Assembly: GCA_965223845.1 (NCBI GenBank)
Contig: CBDCXR010000004.1
Span: forward strand, 256,001 to 320,000
Direction: 5' to 3'
Length of the DNA stretch: 64,000 nt
DNA from: Planctomycetota bacterium
GTDB lineage: Bacteria > Planctomycetota > UBA8108 > SXIK01
Positions 1 through 9,839 of the stretch are shown here, piece by piece (positions within the stretch are counted from its first letter, which is position 1; every line of letters begins with the position of its first letter). The notes under the pieces were generated by a model. That model was not told the DNA's origin. It was given only the letters and a program-made list of their open reading frames with translations, and did not search any database. Position numbers and translations under genes: made by a program.

Positions 1-338
1 CAGCTCTCGAGCTGCTGCAGTCGTCGCGCGTCCGAGAACACGATCGCGCCGAGACTCTTCCGGTCGACCCGTCCATCCGCATCGAATACCTGCGCCCCGA
101 ACTCCTCCCGAATCCGCGCCTTGACGTCACCGAGCTCGAGCGCGTCGTGGGCGATCGCGTCGGCATCAGCAATCTCCGCGATTCTCGCTCCGCGTTCGCG
201 CGCGACGGCGCAAAAGAGGCGAGCGATCGTCGATTTGCCCGATCCGATTCCGCCGATCACGCCAAGAATCACGCTCTCTCTCCCGCTCCACGATGTCGCG
301 CGGCGGACTCGGGTCTCGTCGCAGCGATTCGGTTTCAT
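1..338 (-). CDS. coaE: Dephospho-CoA kinase (5' part; runs off the window)
   Basis: Manual minus-strand translation gives VILGVIGGIGSGKSTIARLF...DADAIAHDALE...EEFGAQVFDADGRVDRKSLGAIVFSD, i.e. the CoaE P-loop plus DAD and DR..LG..VF motifs. ATG at 338 or in-frame GTG at 272. Confidence 0.88.
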   Translation of the reverse strand, partial: MKPNRCDETRVRRATSWSGRESVILGVIGGIGSGKSTIARLFCAVARERGARIAEIADADAIAHDALELGDVKARIREEFGAQVFDADGRVDRKSLGAIVFSDARRLQQLES

Positions 339-1039
339 GAGGAGCATTGTTTCGTCCGTTCGGAAGGAGCCGCCGTCCGGCCGGGACGAGCCTCGGACCG
401 GGGCGCGTGGCCGCGGTCTCAGACCGCGCCGCCGTCCGTTTCGCCGGACCGGCCTCGCTCCGAGGCAGGACACCGCGAGACCGGGGGCGCGGGGCTGTGA
501 AGGGGGTCGTCTCGACTGATTCGGGGAATGATCGGGAGGGTGGTCGCCGGGCGAAGGCGTCTCACGGGAGTTTCCGCGCACCGTTTCGCGGGAGCTCTCT
601 CGCGTGGCGTCGATGGGAGCGGGTCCGAACCTGACGTCCGGACCGCCGTTCGACGGCAGTCCGCCTCCGACTGACTGGAAGCCGTTCTCCTCACTCGGTG
701 AGTCGCCGCGGTGGGTCCGATGGAAGCGAATTCCGTCGGGACCCGCGCTCGCGTGCCAGTCGCCCCGTCATCGGCTTTCCGGTGACGGTCGCGGCCGTCG
801 TGGAACTGGACCGATTCGCCCGGATTCCTTCGCGATCCGATTCGAAGGACCCACCCGCTCGGTGGGGCGCCGAAGGACGCCTTTGAGAGCTCGGGGGGCC
901 GGACTCACGGACAAATTCCTAACGCGCCGACCGGCTTGCGGCCCAGCCAGGGCTGGAAGCGTCTCACCTTCACTTCAATCTGGATCATGGTTGTGTCACA
1001 AAGTGTTGTCAAGAAAGAACCCCCGGTGCTTTTCTCCGC

Positions 1040-1067
1040 TTGACACGTTCTACCCCCTCTCTACAAT
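1040..1067 (+). promoter_or_regulatory. sigma70-type promoter TTGACA-N16-TACAAT
   Basis: Near-consensus hexamers in a locally AT-rich patch. Palindrome TTGTGTCACAA lies upstream at 991-1001. Confidence 0.55.
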
Positions 1068-1618
1068 CGGAAAAGGCTTTATCGGAGAGTCTGACTAGCC
1101 GGAAAGTCTAGCCGCCCGTTGAATCGGTTCGTGAATCGCGCGGACTCTTCAGTGGACGGCCGGTCACGACCCGACCGGCGAGCGGAGCTTCCCCGTTCTT
1201 TTTGCGGGGTGCTCGGCGCGTCTTCGGCGGAGTGACCTCGGGTCTCACGGGACACCTACCTCAGCGCAGATTCGTTCGGTATCGCGTTCGATCGATGCGG
1301 AGGGGACGGCACAATTCGAGCCGCTCAACCGCGCTTCGTGCTTCCCGCACCGCCGGTGAAGACGAGTTCGACTCCGCTCCGAAGCCTGCTTTCTCGATCT
1401 GAAAGTCGACTCCCCCGCCTGCCGCGTCGCCCGGCGATCCGAGATTCATCCAGTCAGTCCACGCATTCATTTTCCCCTCGAGAGAGAACCCCAGAACGGC
1501 TGCAGCACGGCGGAGGTCGATCTCCGAGTGAATCTCCCGCGCCGGGAGAGGATCGCGGAGTCTTCTCGACGCCCGGCTTCGGGCTCCCGGGCCGGATCGT
1601 TGCCGCGGAGGATTCGTA

Positions 1619-2851
1619 ATGGCACAGCGAGACGGATCTGTCTTTTTGACGCTCTTCATCGTCATGTTCGTGCTCTTCGCGATCATGACGGCGCTCTTCA
1701 TTCAATCGAATTCGGAGGTGACCAATCTCCAAGGTCAGCTTCGATCCAAGGACCGAGAGGCGGAGGAGTTCCGCGCGAACAATCAGAAGCTGAGCTCTCA
1801 GGCCGCGGATTTCCGTGCGCTCATCGGTGGCGAGACTTACCGCGACGGCGAAGCCTGGCCGACGAACGAACACTTTCGCCAGCAGCTCAAGGACAAGGTC
1901 GAGACCGCGATCAACGCGTCGCTGAAAGAGCTGGGGATGAACGCGCGGGAGTATACGAACCTCGTCGAACCGTACGAGGACATCCCGGCGATTCTCCGGA
2001 AGTACAGCGAAGGCATCACGAAGGCCGACGCCGATCGCCGCGCCGCGGTCGACACGCAGGCGCAGCTTTCCGTGCAGACGTCCGAGACCGTGAACACGCT
2101 GCAGGGCCGGACGTCGGAGCTCCTTTCGCAGATCGCTACGCGTGAGAGCGAGCTCGAAGACGTTCAGGGGAAGGCGCAGGACCGAGAGCAGGAGCTTCTC
2201 GCCCAGATCGAAGAGATCAAGGATCAGTGGTCGGACGAAGTGATCGATTGTCGCCGGAAGAGCAACTTCAAGGACAATCAGCTCCGGTCGCTGAGGACGC
2301 GCATTCAGAAGCTCGAGGAAGAGGTGCGGAAGGAGCAGGGGCTCGACGATGTCGAGCCGGACGCGTCGATCCTCGCCGTGAGCAATGAGACGGGGAAGGC
2401 TTGGGTGGACGTCGGTCGCAAGGATCACCTCCGCAAGGGCCTCATCTTCCGCGTCTTCCAGTACGTGAAGGGCGGGAAGCGCCTCTACAAGGGGCGAGTC
2501 GAGATTCGGAAGCCCGGTGAGGACATGAGTGAGGTCCGCGTCGTCGAAGAAGTCGACCCGCTCAACCCGATCACGACGGGGGATTTCATCTCGAGTCCCT
2601 TCTACGATCCGGAAGCGCAGCCGATCTTCGTGTTCGCCGGAACGAACCTGGCGTCGAAGGACGTCACGCGCGAGTTCCTCGAGTCGCAGATGCGGTTCTA
2701 CGGCGCGGTCATCGACAGCAAGGTCGATCTCAACACCGATTACCTCGTCGCGACGCAGAACTACGAGAATTCCGAAGAGTACCAGCGCGCGCGTGAGCTC
2801 GGAGTGACGGTCATCCGAGAGGGCGACCTGCTCCAGTTCATCGGACTGTAG
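1619..2851 (+). CDS. Membrane-anchored coiled-coil protein with C-terminal BRCT-like domain
   Basis: N-terminal TM helix, long heptad-rich region, then a beta domain. C-terminal IFVFAG...YGAVIDSKVDLNTDYLVA...ARELGVTVIREGDLLQFIG resembles the ligase/RFC BRCT domain. Confidence 0.75.
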   Translation: MAQRDGSVFLTLFIVMFVLFAIMTALFIQSNSEVTNLQGQLRSKDREAEEFRANNQKLSSQAADFRALIGGETYRDGEAWPTNEHFRQQLKDKVETAINASLKELGMNAREYTNLVEPYEDIPAILRKYSEGITKADADRRAAVDTQAQLSVQTSETVNTLQGRTSELLSQIATRESELEDVQGKAQDREQELLAQIEEIKDQWSDEVIDCRRKSNFKDNQLRSLRTRIQKLEEEVRKEQGLDDVEPDASILAVSNETGKAWVDVGRKDHLRKGLIFRVFQYVKGGKRLYKGRVEIRKPGEDMSEVRVVEEVDPLNPITTGDFISSPFYDPEAQPIFVFAGTNLASKDVTREFLESQMRFYGAVIDSKVDLNTDYLVATQNYENSEEYQRARELGVTVIREGDLLQFIGL

Positions 2852-3427
2852 CGCGGTGGGGAGGCGGCACGAGCGCCGGAGCGCTGGTGCCGCCGCCCCG
2901 CGATCGTTGCAACGTCGTTAGGGCCGCGGTATCCTCCGGGATCGAAAGACTTCCCGTCTCGATCGCGACGCGGATGCGTCGGCGGCCGGGACGGAGCGGA
3001 GTTCGCTCGAACCCGGCTCCCGGAGCTGGGCCCGGCGAGTCCGAACCCTTCGCGCTTCGACCGCGCCTCGGTTCAGCCCCCACGCGGTAGCCGAGTCGCT
3101 CGGTTCCGCGCGGTTCTTGTTCTCACCTTCCGGCCGGTTCCGGATCCCAGCGGAGCGAACGCATCGACCCGAGCGGCGGCGTTCGACGAGCCCGCGGGAG
3201 AATGCGTTCCGGAAGGTCTCACCCCTCGCTCCCGCCTGCTTGCAGGACGGATCGTCTGTGGCCTCGCCTGATCCGGGATCGTTCGTGCATCGGATCGCCC
3301 TAGCCGAGTGGCGCGGACTCGCCGCGAGCGGGTTCGAGACTGTCGCAGGCGGCCGACCGCGAAATCCGCGGACGATTCGAGCCCGATTCCGGAAGGCCGA
3401 GCTGAGTGCGAGCCCGGTTGTGACCCC

Positions 3428-5050
3428 ATGAAAGAAGTCCGAATGACGTTCGGCGAGCACCTCGAAGAGCTCCGCCGTCGACTCATCGTCTCGATCCTCT
3501 ACTTGATCGCTGCCGTCATCATCTGCCTTTCGTTGGGTGATCGGCTGATGATGTTCACGCTTCGGCCTCACTACCGAGCGATCGAGGCGGCGATGGCGAG
3601 TCGACTCGTCGCGAAGATGGACAAGACGGCGGCGGAGTTTCGCCAGCTCATGGGCGAGGAGGCGGGGCTACCCGGCGATCTCACACCGGAGGACGTCCGG
3701 TGGAGCGACCTCTTTCGCGCCGAGTCGGCCGCGCCGGTACTCGAAAACCATCTGCGCGCTCCGTTCTCCGAAGCGGCGAGCAAGATCGGAGACTGGACGG
3801 AGTTCTCCGCCGCCGAACGCAATCGGATCCGCGGGCTGATCGGCGACATCGGGGAGAGTCTCACCAAGCGGATGCTCGAGCTCTACGTTCCGGAGGGGCT
3901 GCTCGGCCCCCAGGAGCGGATCATCCGTGAGCTCGACGCGACGCGCGCGCTCGTCGCTAGCGCCGAGCGGCTGCACGGGCCGTCGAAGACACAAGCTCTG
4001 CTCGGTCTCGGCCGGAGTTTCGAGAACCTCACGGAGACGCTGGACGACTTTCGCGCGTTCCTCGAGAAGAAGCGCGAGGAGGTTCGCGGCAGTGTCGACT
4101 CGCTCGCCGAGCTCACCGCCATGAAGGAGCCACGACTCGCCGAGTACCTGGTCGAGGCGATCGAAGCCATCGACTCGAGCGCGCGGCAGATCGTCGATCC
4201 GCCGTCCGCCTCGCTGATGGTGATCCACTACCTCGAAAACTTCATGGCCTACCTCAAGGTGTCGCTCATCTTCGGGCTCGCGCTCGCGTTCCCGTTCATC
4301 CTGCTCGAGATGTGGAAATTCGTCGGAGCCGGCCTCTACGACCATGAGCAGAAGTACGTGCGACTGTTCGTGCCGTTCTCGCTCGGGCTCTTCGTGCTCG
4401 GAGTCCTGTTCGGATACTTCTACATGATTCCGTTCGGCCTTCAGTTTCTCGCCGGCTGGGGCATCGACGAGGTGAACATCAACATCACCCTCGGGAACTA
4501 CCTCGGGCTCTTCATCACCCTCACGCTTCTCCTCGGGCTCGTGTTTCAGATCCCGCTCGCCATGGTGTTCTTGTCGCTGATCGATCTCGTCCGCGTCGAG
4601 ACGATGCGGCGGATGCGCCGTCCGGCGATCTTCATCCTCGTTTGCCTCTCGGCGATTATCACGCCTCCCGATCCGATCACACTCCTCCTCATGGCCGGGC
4701 CACTCGTCCTCCTCTACGAAGTCGGGATCTGGGTGAGCTGGCTCATCACCGAGAGGAAGTGGCGCGCTCGCCGGACGTCTTCGGGTCGAAGCACCTCGGC
4801 GCCGAAGTCGAGCCCGCCGCGCGATCCGGATTCGGCGAGCGCCTCCTCGAGCGGCGTTCCATCACCCGCAGAGGCTTCGCCTCCGGGAGACTCGGGGACC
4901 GGCGACGAGCCCGACGCGGCGGCTGCCGGGGATAGCGACGACGTGAACGTCGAGCCGGCCCCGGACGCCTCGAGCTCGGATCGCGAGGGCGATTCGAATC
5001 CGTCAAGACCGGACGGCGATGCGGCCGATGACGAGAAAGAGAAGGGGTAG
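3428..5050 (+). CDS. tatC: Twin-arginine translocase TatC with large insertion
   Basis: MTFGEHLEELRRRL N-terminus, EMWKFVGAGLYDHEQKY, FQIPL and SAIITPPDPITLLLMAGPLVLLYEVGI motifs. Confidence 0.93.
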   Translation: MKEVRMTFGEHLEELRRRLIVSILYLIAAVIICLSLGDRLMMFTLRPHYRAIEAAMASRLVAKMDKTAAEFRQLMGEEAGLPGDLTPEDVRWSDLFRAESAAPVLENHLRAPFSEAASKIGDWTEFSAAERNRIRGLIGDIGESLTKRMLELYVPEGLLGPQERIIRELDATRALVASAERLHGPSKTQALLGLGRSFENLTETLDDFRAFLEKKREEVRGSVDSLAELTAMKEPRLAEYLVEAIEAIDSSARQIVDPPSASLMVIHYLENFMAYLKVSLIFGLALAFPFILLEMWKFVGAGLYDHEQKYVRLFVPFSLGLFVLGVLFGYFYMIPFGLQFLAGWGIDEVNINITLGNYLGLFITLTLLLGLVFQIPLAMVFLSLIDLVRVETMRRMRRPAIFILVCLSAIITPPDPITLLLMAGPLVLLYEVGIWVSWLITERKWRARRTSSGRSTSAPKSSPPRDPDSASASSSGVPSPAEASPPGDSGTGDEPDAAAAGDSDDVNVEPAPDASSSDREGDSNPSRPDGDAADDEKEKG

Positions 5051-5268
5051 CGTGCGGGTTCTTCGGAACGGCGACGCCGTTCGCGCCGAGCGTCGCAGCG
5101 AATCGTCCAGTTCGTAGACGATTCGCTGTGGCGATTCGACCGCCGTTACCGGACGGGATAGACTTCTCGCGAATCCCCTTCCTTTCGCTTTCTCGACTCC
5201 ATGACCCGCCGGGAAGACCGGCGCGGTCTCGCCGCGTGCGATTACCCCTCTAGAGGAGTGTCTCGATC

Positions 5269-6273
5269 ATGCGCTTGCGCACTCTATCCTCCGTCCTGAG
5301 CGGCGTGACTCTCGCCCTTCTCCTGACCGCGAGCAATGCGGTGGCGGACACCGTGCACCTCACCAACGGGGAGTACATCGACGGTCTCGTGACGTCCCGT
5401 AACGAGCGCCTGATCATGGTCCACATCGGACGGATCGGACGGATCGAGATTCCCGTCGAGGACGTCGAGCGCATCGAAAAGAACAACCGACGCGGGACGG
5501 AGATCCCGTTCGGATTTCTACCGGCGGACCTCGTCGATTCCTCCGAGGGCGAAGGCGCAGACGATGCGGGCTCCGAGGACGACGAAACGAACGCGACCGG
5601 CAGCGAGGAAGACGAATCTACCGGGGACGATGCCGTCGCCGATGAAGATGACGAGACCTCGGAGAGCGATGACGATCCCTCCGCCGACGCTTCCGACGAC
5701 GAGGAGCTCTCTCCGGAGCAAGAGGCAGAGATCGAGGAGCTCGTCAGCGATCTCCAGCGGCAGAAGTCGCGGTATCGGCATCGCGCGGAGCGCCGACTGC
5801 GTGCGATGGGAAGCGTCATCCTTCCCGCAATCCTTCCGCTCGTCGATCACTCGTCGGAGAACACGCGCATCGCCGCCGTCCGTCTCGTCTACGAGGTCGG
5901 CGACGATCGCTCCGAGGTGCTCGAAGCCTGCGTCGACGCGCTCGCGGACGAAAACGTGTTCGTGCGCGAGTACGCAGCGCAATCGCTCCGCCGCATCACG
6001 CGCAAGCGCTTCGACTTCAACGCTCGAGCGAGCGTGCAGGCTCGCTCGGCGGCGGCGGAACGGTGGAGTGCGTGGTGGAGTCGCGAAGAAGCTCGTCGCG
6101 AGAAGAACGCCGAGCGCCTCGCCGCGAAGAAGAAAGAATCCAAAGCGCGCGAGAAGTCGGCGGCTAAGAGTGAAATCGATCGTGAGATCGAGGAGAAGGT
6201 GAGTCGACTCGTCGAGGAGCGCCTTCTCGAGGTCCTCGAGCGAAAGCTGCGCGAAGAGCGCGACGAGAACTAA
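5269..6273 (+). CDS. Secreted HEAT-repeat protein with acidic linker
   Basis: Signal peptide (AVA-D), DTVHLTNG.YIDG planctomycete-type N-domain, D/E-rich linker and HEAT-like repeats (VREYAAQSLRRIT). RBS GAGGAG. Confidence 0.75.
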   Translation: MRLRTLSSVLSGVTLALLLTASNAVADTVHLTNGEYIDGLVTSRNERLIMVHIGRIGRIEIPVEDVERIEKNNRRGTEIPFGFLPADLVDSSEGEGADDAGSEDDETNATGSEEDESTGDDAVADEDDETSESDDDPSADASDDEELSPEQEAEIEELVSDLQRQKSRYRHRAERRLRAMGSVILPAILPLVDHSSENTRIAAVRLVYEVGDDRSEVLEACVDALADENVFVREYAAQSLRRITRKRFDFNARASVQARSAAAERWSAWWSREEARREKNAERLAAKKKESKAREKSAAKSEIDREIEEKVSRLVEERLLEVLERKLREERDEN

Positions 6274-6435
6274 TTCGCGTACCGAGTGCGGCGCGCGCGG
6301 TGCAGAAGCTGATTCGTCGTGCTGGCGTCGTCTGGCGAGCGAGTTTTCGGCTCGCGCCCGCGCGCGAAGCGAGCGTTCGCGGAGCCGCGCACCCGAGCCG
6401 CGAATGCGGTTCCGCCCAGCGTTTTCACTAGCGAG

Positions 6436-6464
6436 TTGACATCGACCGAACCGCTAGGTAGGAT
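6436..6464 (+). promoter_or_regulatory. sigma70-type promoter TTGACA-N17-TAGGAT upstream of the dnaA-like gene
   Basis: Consensus -35, 17-bp spacer, near-consensus -10. Confidence 0.55.
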
Positions 6465-7326
6465 CCGCCGCGTTCGTTGGATTCACCTGGCTGTTGCCGC
6501 ACTTCTCTTCGGTTCCGCTGATCGTCCCGCTCGATCTGCTAGCTGCGTGCATTCGCACGATCTGTGTGCATTTCGAGTTGGTCACGTCACTTCTCCGCTT
6601 CGCCGGTTTCGTTTCGTTCGATAGAGTCTCGTTGACGTTTTTCGTCGTGCTCGTCTCCGAGCGCGAACACGAGCGGCACTCGGACGGAAGGACGGCGGAG
6701 AGAGGAGACGGTCGCCGTCGGCGCGACTCCGTTTCCGCGACGGACGGCATGCGGGTCGCGATCGGATTCGTTCGAAGGGCGATTTTCCCGGCGGGTCTCG
6801 CACGCATTCTTTACACGTGCGGAGAGAGCACCGGCGCGGAGAGGCGGCGATTCCTCCCGATCGGGTGGTGCGGGCTGACCTAGGCTCCGACGATCGTCGA
6901 CCCTTCGAGTAGAAAGTGAACGAGTCGGGAAGCGGGGAGTAGGAGAAGCGAGAGAATCGTCGGCGCTCGCCCGACCGAAAGTCGGAGCGAGACCGAAGGC
7001 CGCGCGACCGCGTTGGGTGAGGCGGCGTGAAGAGAGGCTACGTGAAGAGTCTCGAGGAACGACTCGTCGGCCCGCGGCGTGACGAGTCCACAGAGGGAGG
7101 GTGAGGAGCGTCTGCGTCTCTCGAGTACGTCAAATGATCGGGCGGCCTCGAGAACGAGGCTCCCGCCGGTGCGACTCAGGCTGAGGTGGGGCGACGTCAG
7201 TGAGTCGGTCGCGGCGGGAGCGGCCGAGTGAGCGACGGTATCGGGGCGGCGAGGGGGCCTCCGCGCGATTGGTGGCGTGCGGAAGGTCGGTGGATGCAGG
7301 TCGAGGTGGCTTGGAGGTTGGTGGCG

Positions 7327-8832
7327 ATGGTCTCGGAGCGCGGCGGGAGAGAGCGCGAGACCGGCGCGGCGCACGCGGTGCTCTGGCGAGAGCTCTGCGA
7401 GCGTCTCCGCGAAGAAGTCGGTGACGGGCGTTTCGAGCGGTGGGTGGAGCCGCTCAAGATCGTCTCCGGCGACGGCCCCGATCTCGTCGTCGCCGTTCCG
7501 AACGAGTACATGCGCGACTGGCTCGAGCGGCATTACCTGAGGCGGGTGCGAGCGCTCCTGCGCGAGCCGCTCCGGCGAGTTCGGTTCGAGATCGACCCGG
7601 ATCGCTTCCCCGAATGTGGCCGCGAGCAGGAGGCGGTATTCGGGGGGCGTCCCCCCGGGGCGAGCCGAGCGGTGAATGACGAGGCGTTCGCCGTCTCATC
7701 GTCGCTGGGACTCGACGGCACGGCAGGCCGGGTGGCGTACGAACGGCGCGGCGGGGGCGCGTTTTCCTTGGCCGGTCTCGTCGTGGGGCCGAGCAACCGA
7801 TTTGCGGTCGAGGCCGTTCGACACGTTCTGGCGGCGCCGGGGGATCTCTACTCGCCGCTCTTCCTCTTCGGCCCGTCCGGAGTGGGGAAGACCCACCTCC
7901 TCCGCGGAATCGAAGCCGAGTTTCGGGAGATGCGCGCTCGCTTCTCTCGCGGTGACGGATTGCCCCCCGCGCTCAAGGCGCGTCTCGAGGATGCCGGTCA
8001 AGCCCGCACGTTTCGCGTGCGGTACGTCACCGCCGAGAGTTTCGTCAATCAGTTCCTCGCGTCGCTCAAATCGCGGGAGCTCGCCGCGTTTCGCCAGAAG
8101 TTCCGGAGCGCCGACGTCCTCCTCGTGGACGACGTGCACCTCCTACCCGGAAAAGAGAAGTCGCAGGAGGAGTTTCTCCACACGCTTTGCGCCGTTCACG
8201 AGCGTGGCGGTCAGATCGTGCTCGCGAGTCAGGTGGTCCCGGGCGAACTGATCGGACTGATCCCCGCTCTGCGCGCGCGATTCGTCGGCGGGGTGCCGGT
8301 CGGCGTCAAGGCCCCGGATCGGACGATGCGCCTCGCAGTCCTCGAGCGGGCGGCGGCCCAGCGTGGATCCCGCTTCGACCGCGCCGTGCTCGAGTTCCTC
8401 GCGGATCTCGTCGGCGGGAGCGTGCGCGAGCTTCTCGGGGCCCTCGCGAGGCTGGATCTCACTGCGAGGGTGGAGGGGGGGATCGACGTCGAGCGTGCAC
8501 GGGAGATCCTCGCGGCCGAGTACGTCCGCCGTCCGCGCCGACCGAGCCTCGAGCGTCTCGCCGCGGTCGTGGCCGACTACTACCGCCTGAGCTCGGAGTC
8601 GATCGTGGGGCGGGATCAGCGCCGTGAGGCCACGTTCGCCCGGCAGGTGTTCGTGTTTCTCGCCCGGCAATACACCGACCGGTCGTACCGCGAGATCGGC
8701 CGGTTTCTCGGGGGGAGAAAGCACTCGACGGTGAGCTCCTCGGTGACGAAGATCGGTGCTCGACTCGACGCGGATCCCCACTTCGCGCGAGAGATCGACG
8801 CGCTCGTCGAGCGCGTACAGGCCTTGAGGTGA
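7327..8832 (+). CDS. dnaA: DnaA-family replication initiator (divergent paralog)
   Basis: Domain I (FERWVEPL..VPNEYMRDWLERHY), VVGPSNRFA, YSPLFLFGPSGVGKTHLL Walker A, LLVDDVH Walker B, KSQEEFLH, SVRELLGAL and domain IV ARQ..FLAR..EIGRFLGGRKHSTV. Start chosen from RBS GGAGGT; the ORF is open from 7228. Confidence 0.88.
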   Translation: MVSERGGRERETGAAHAVLWRELCERLREEVGDGRFERWVEPLKIVSGDGPDLVVAVPNEYMRDWLERHYLRRVRALLREPLRRVRFEIDPDRFPECGREQEAVFGGRPPGASRAVNDEAFAVSSSLGLDGTAGRVAYERRGGGAFSLAGLVVGPSNRFAVEAVRHVLAAPGDLYSPLFLFGPSGVGKTHLLRGIEAEFREMRARFSRGDGLPPALKARLEDAGQARTFRVRYVTAESFVNQFLASLKSRELAAFRQKFRSADVLLVDDVHLLPGKEKSQEEFLHTLCAVHERGGQIVLASQVVPGELIGLIPALRARFVGGVPVGVKAPDRTMRLAVLERAAAQRGSRFDRAVLEFLADLVGGSVRELLGALARLDLTARVEGGIDVERAREILAAEYVRRPRRPSLERLAAVVADYYRLSSESIVGRDQRREATFARQVFVFLARQYTDRSYREIGRFLGGRKHSTVSSSVTKIGARLDADPHFAREIDALVERVQALR

Positions 8833-9358
8833 CCGCCTCGATCGGTCCCGGTTCGGGCGCTCCGGGGGGATCCGTCGCCCCCGTTCGGGGGGTGTCGGGG
8901 GACCTTATTTCGCCTGGTCGGCCGGATGGCGCTGTGCTAAAATTTTGGTTCGCGCCGGTCGGTCGGCGTCCCACCTAAGAGCGGCGTCGCACGTCCGCTC
9001 TCGATGTCCCTTTTTTGCATTGAACTCCCAGTGGGTTCCTCGCTTCGAGGGGGAGCTCGACACTCGTCACGGTGACCCGCCGTCGGCGGACGCCGGGCGA
9101 CAATCTGCTCGTAAACTACTGCTGGTAACCGTACGCGCCGACAGATTCGGCGCGTGGGGAGGTCGACTCCCGACGTATCCCTTTCGGCCGGCCGTCCACC
9201 GGTGGCGGCCGACCGAGAGAGCGCGGAGGAGGCCGGGGAATTCAGGCGAGTCTACCGGCGACGTGATCGCGTTATTTGGATCCCGCCCGAAAGCTCGTTA
9301 GGATCTCTTCGAAGAGACGGAGAGTCTGGTCCGCGAAGAAATGGAGAAAGGGCTTCTC

Positions 9359-9703
9359 ATGCGCGACAAGGTTTTGATCGCACTTCTTTCGGTTTGCTGC
9401 ACGCTTCTCGCCGTCAATATGGGGGCGCTGTGGCAGCAGGGAGCCGTCAACGAAGCGTACGGACAGGCCGGAGGCGGGGGGACTGAGGGTGGCGGAGTGA
9501 TCGTCGCGACCGTCGGTACCCAGAATGAGTCGATGTGCTACATCTATCACACGGAATCGAAGCACCTCGTCGCCTACTCCGCGCGCGGGAACGGCGGAAT
9601 CAAAGTGTCCGGCGTTCGCAATACGGAATTCGACAACGGCTTCGACGAAGTGAACAAGCACTTCACCGTCAAGCAGGCGAGAGCGAACTCGAAGAAACCC
9701 TAA
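9359..9703 (+). CDS. Small exported/membrane hypothetical protein
   Basis: Hydrophobic N-terminus, good codon pattern, purine-rich RBS; alternative start at 9341. Confidence 0.7.
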   Translation: MRDKVLIALLSVCCTLLAVNMGALWQQGAVNEAYGQAGGGGTEGGGVIVATVGTQNESMCYIYHTESKHLVAYSARGNGGIKVSGVRNTEFDNGFDEVNKHFTVKQARANSKKP

Positions 9704-9839
9704 AAACTCCATCGACTCGATGAACCCGGAGCCGCCGGCGTCGCGCTGGCGGCCTCCGCAGCCAACGACTGAATCGACTGCACCTGGAGAAGATCGAGTC
9801 TCCGTCCTTGAGACCGTCTAAGACTAAGAGGAAGGCACC

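Noticed and set aside
6274-9340. oriC flanking dnaA
   Set aside because: No cluster of DnaA boxes or extended AT-rich unwinding element seen; the single near-box ATATCCACA at ~14247 is isolated.
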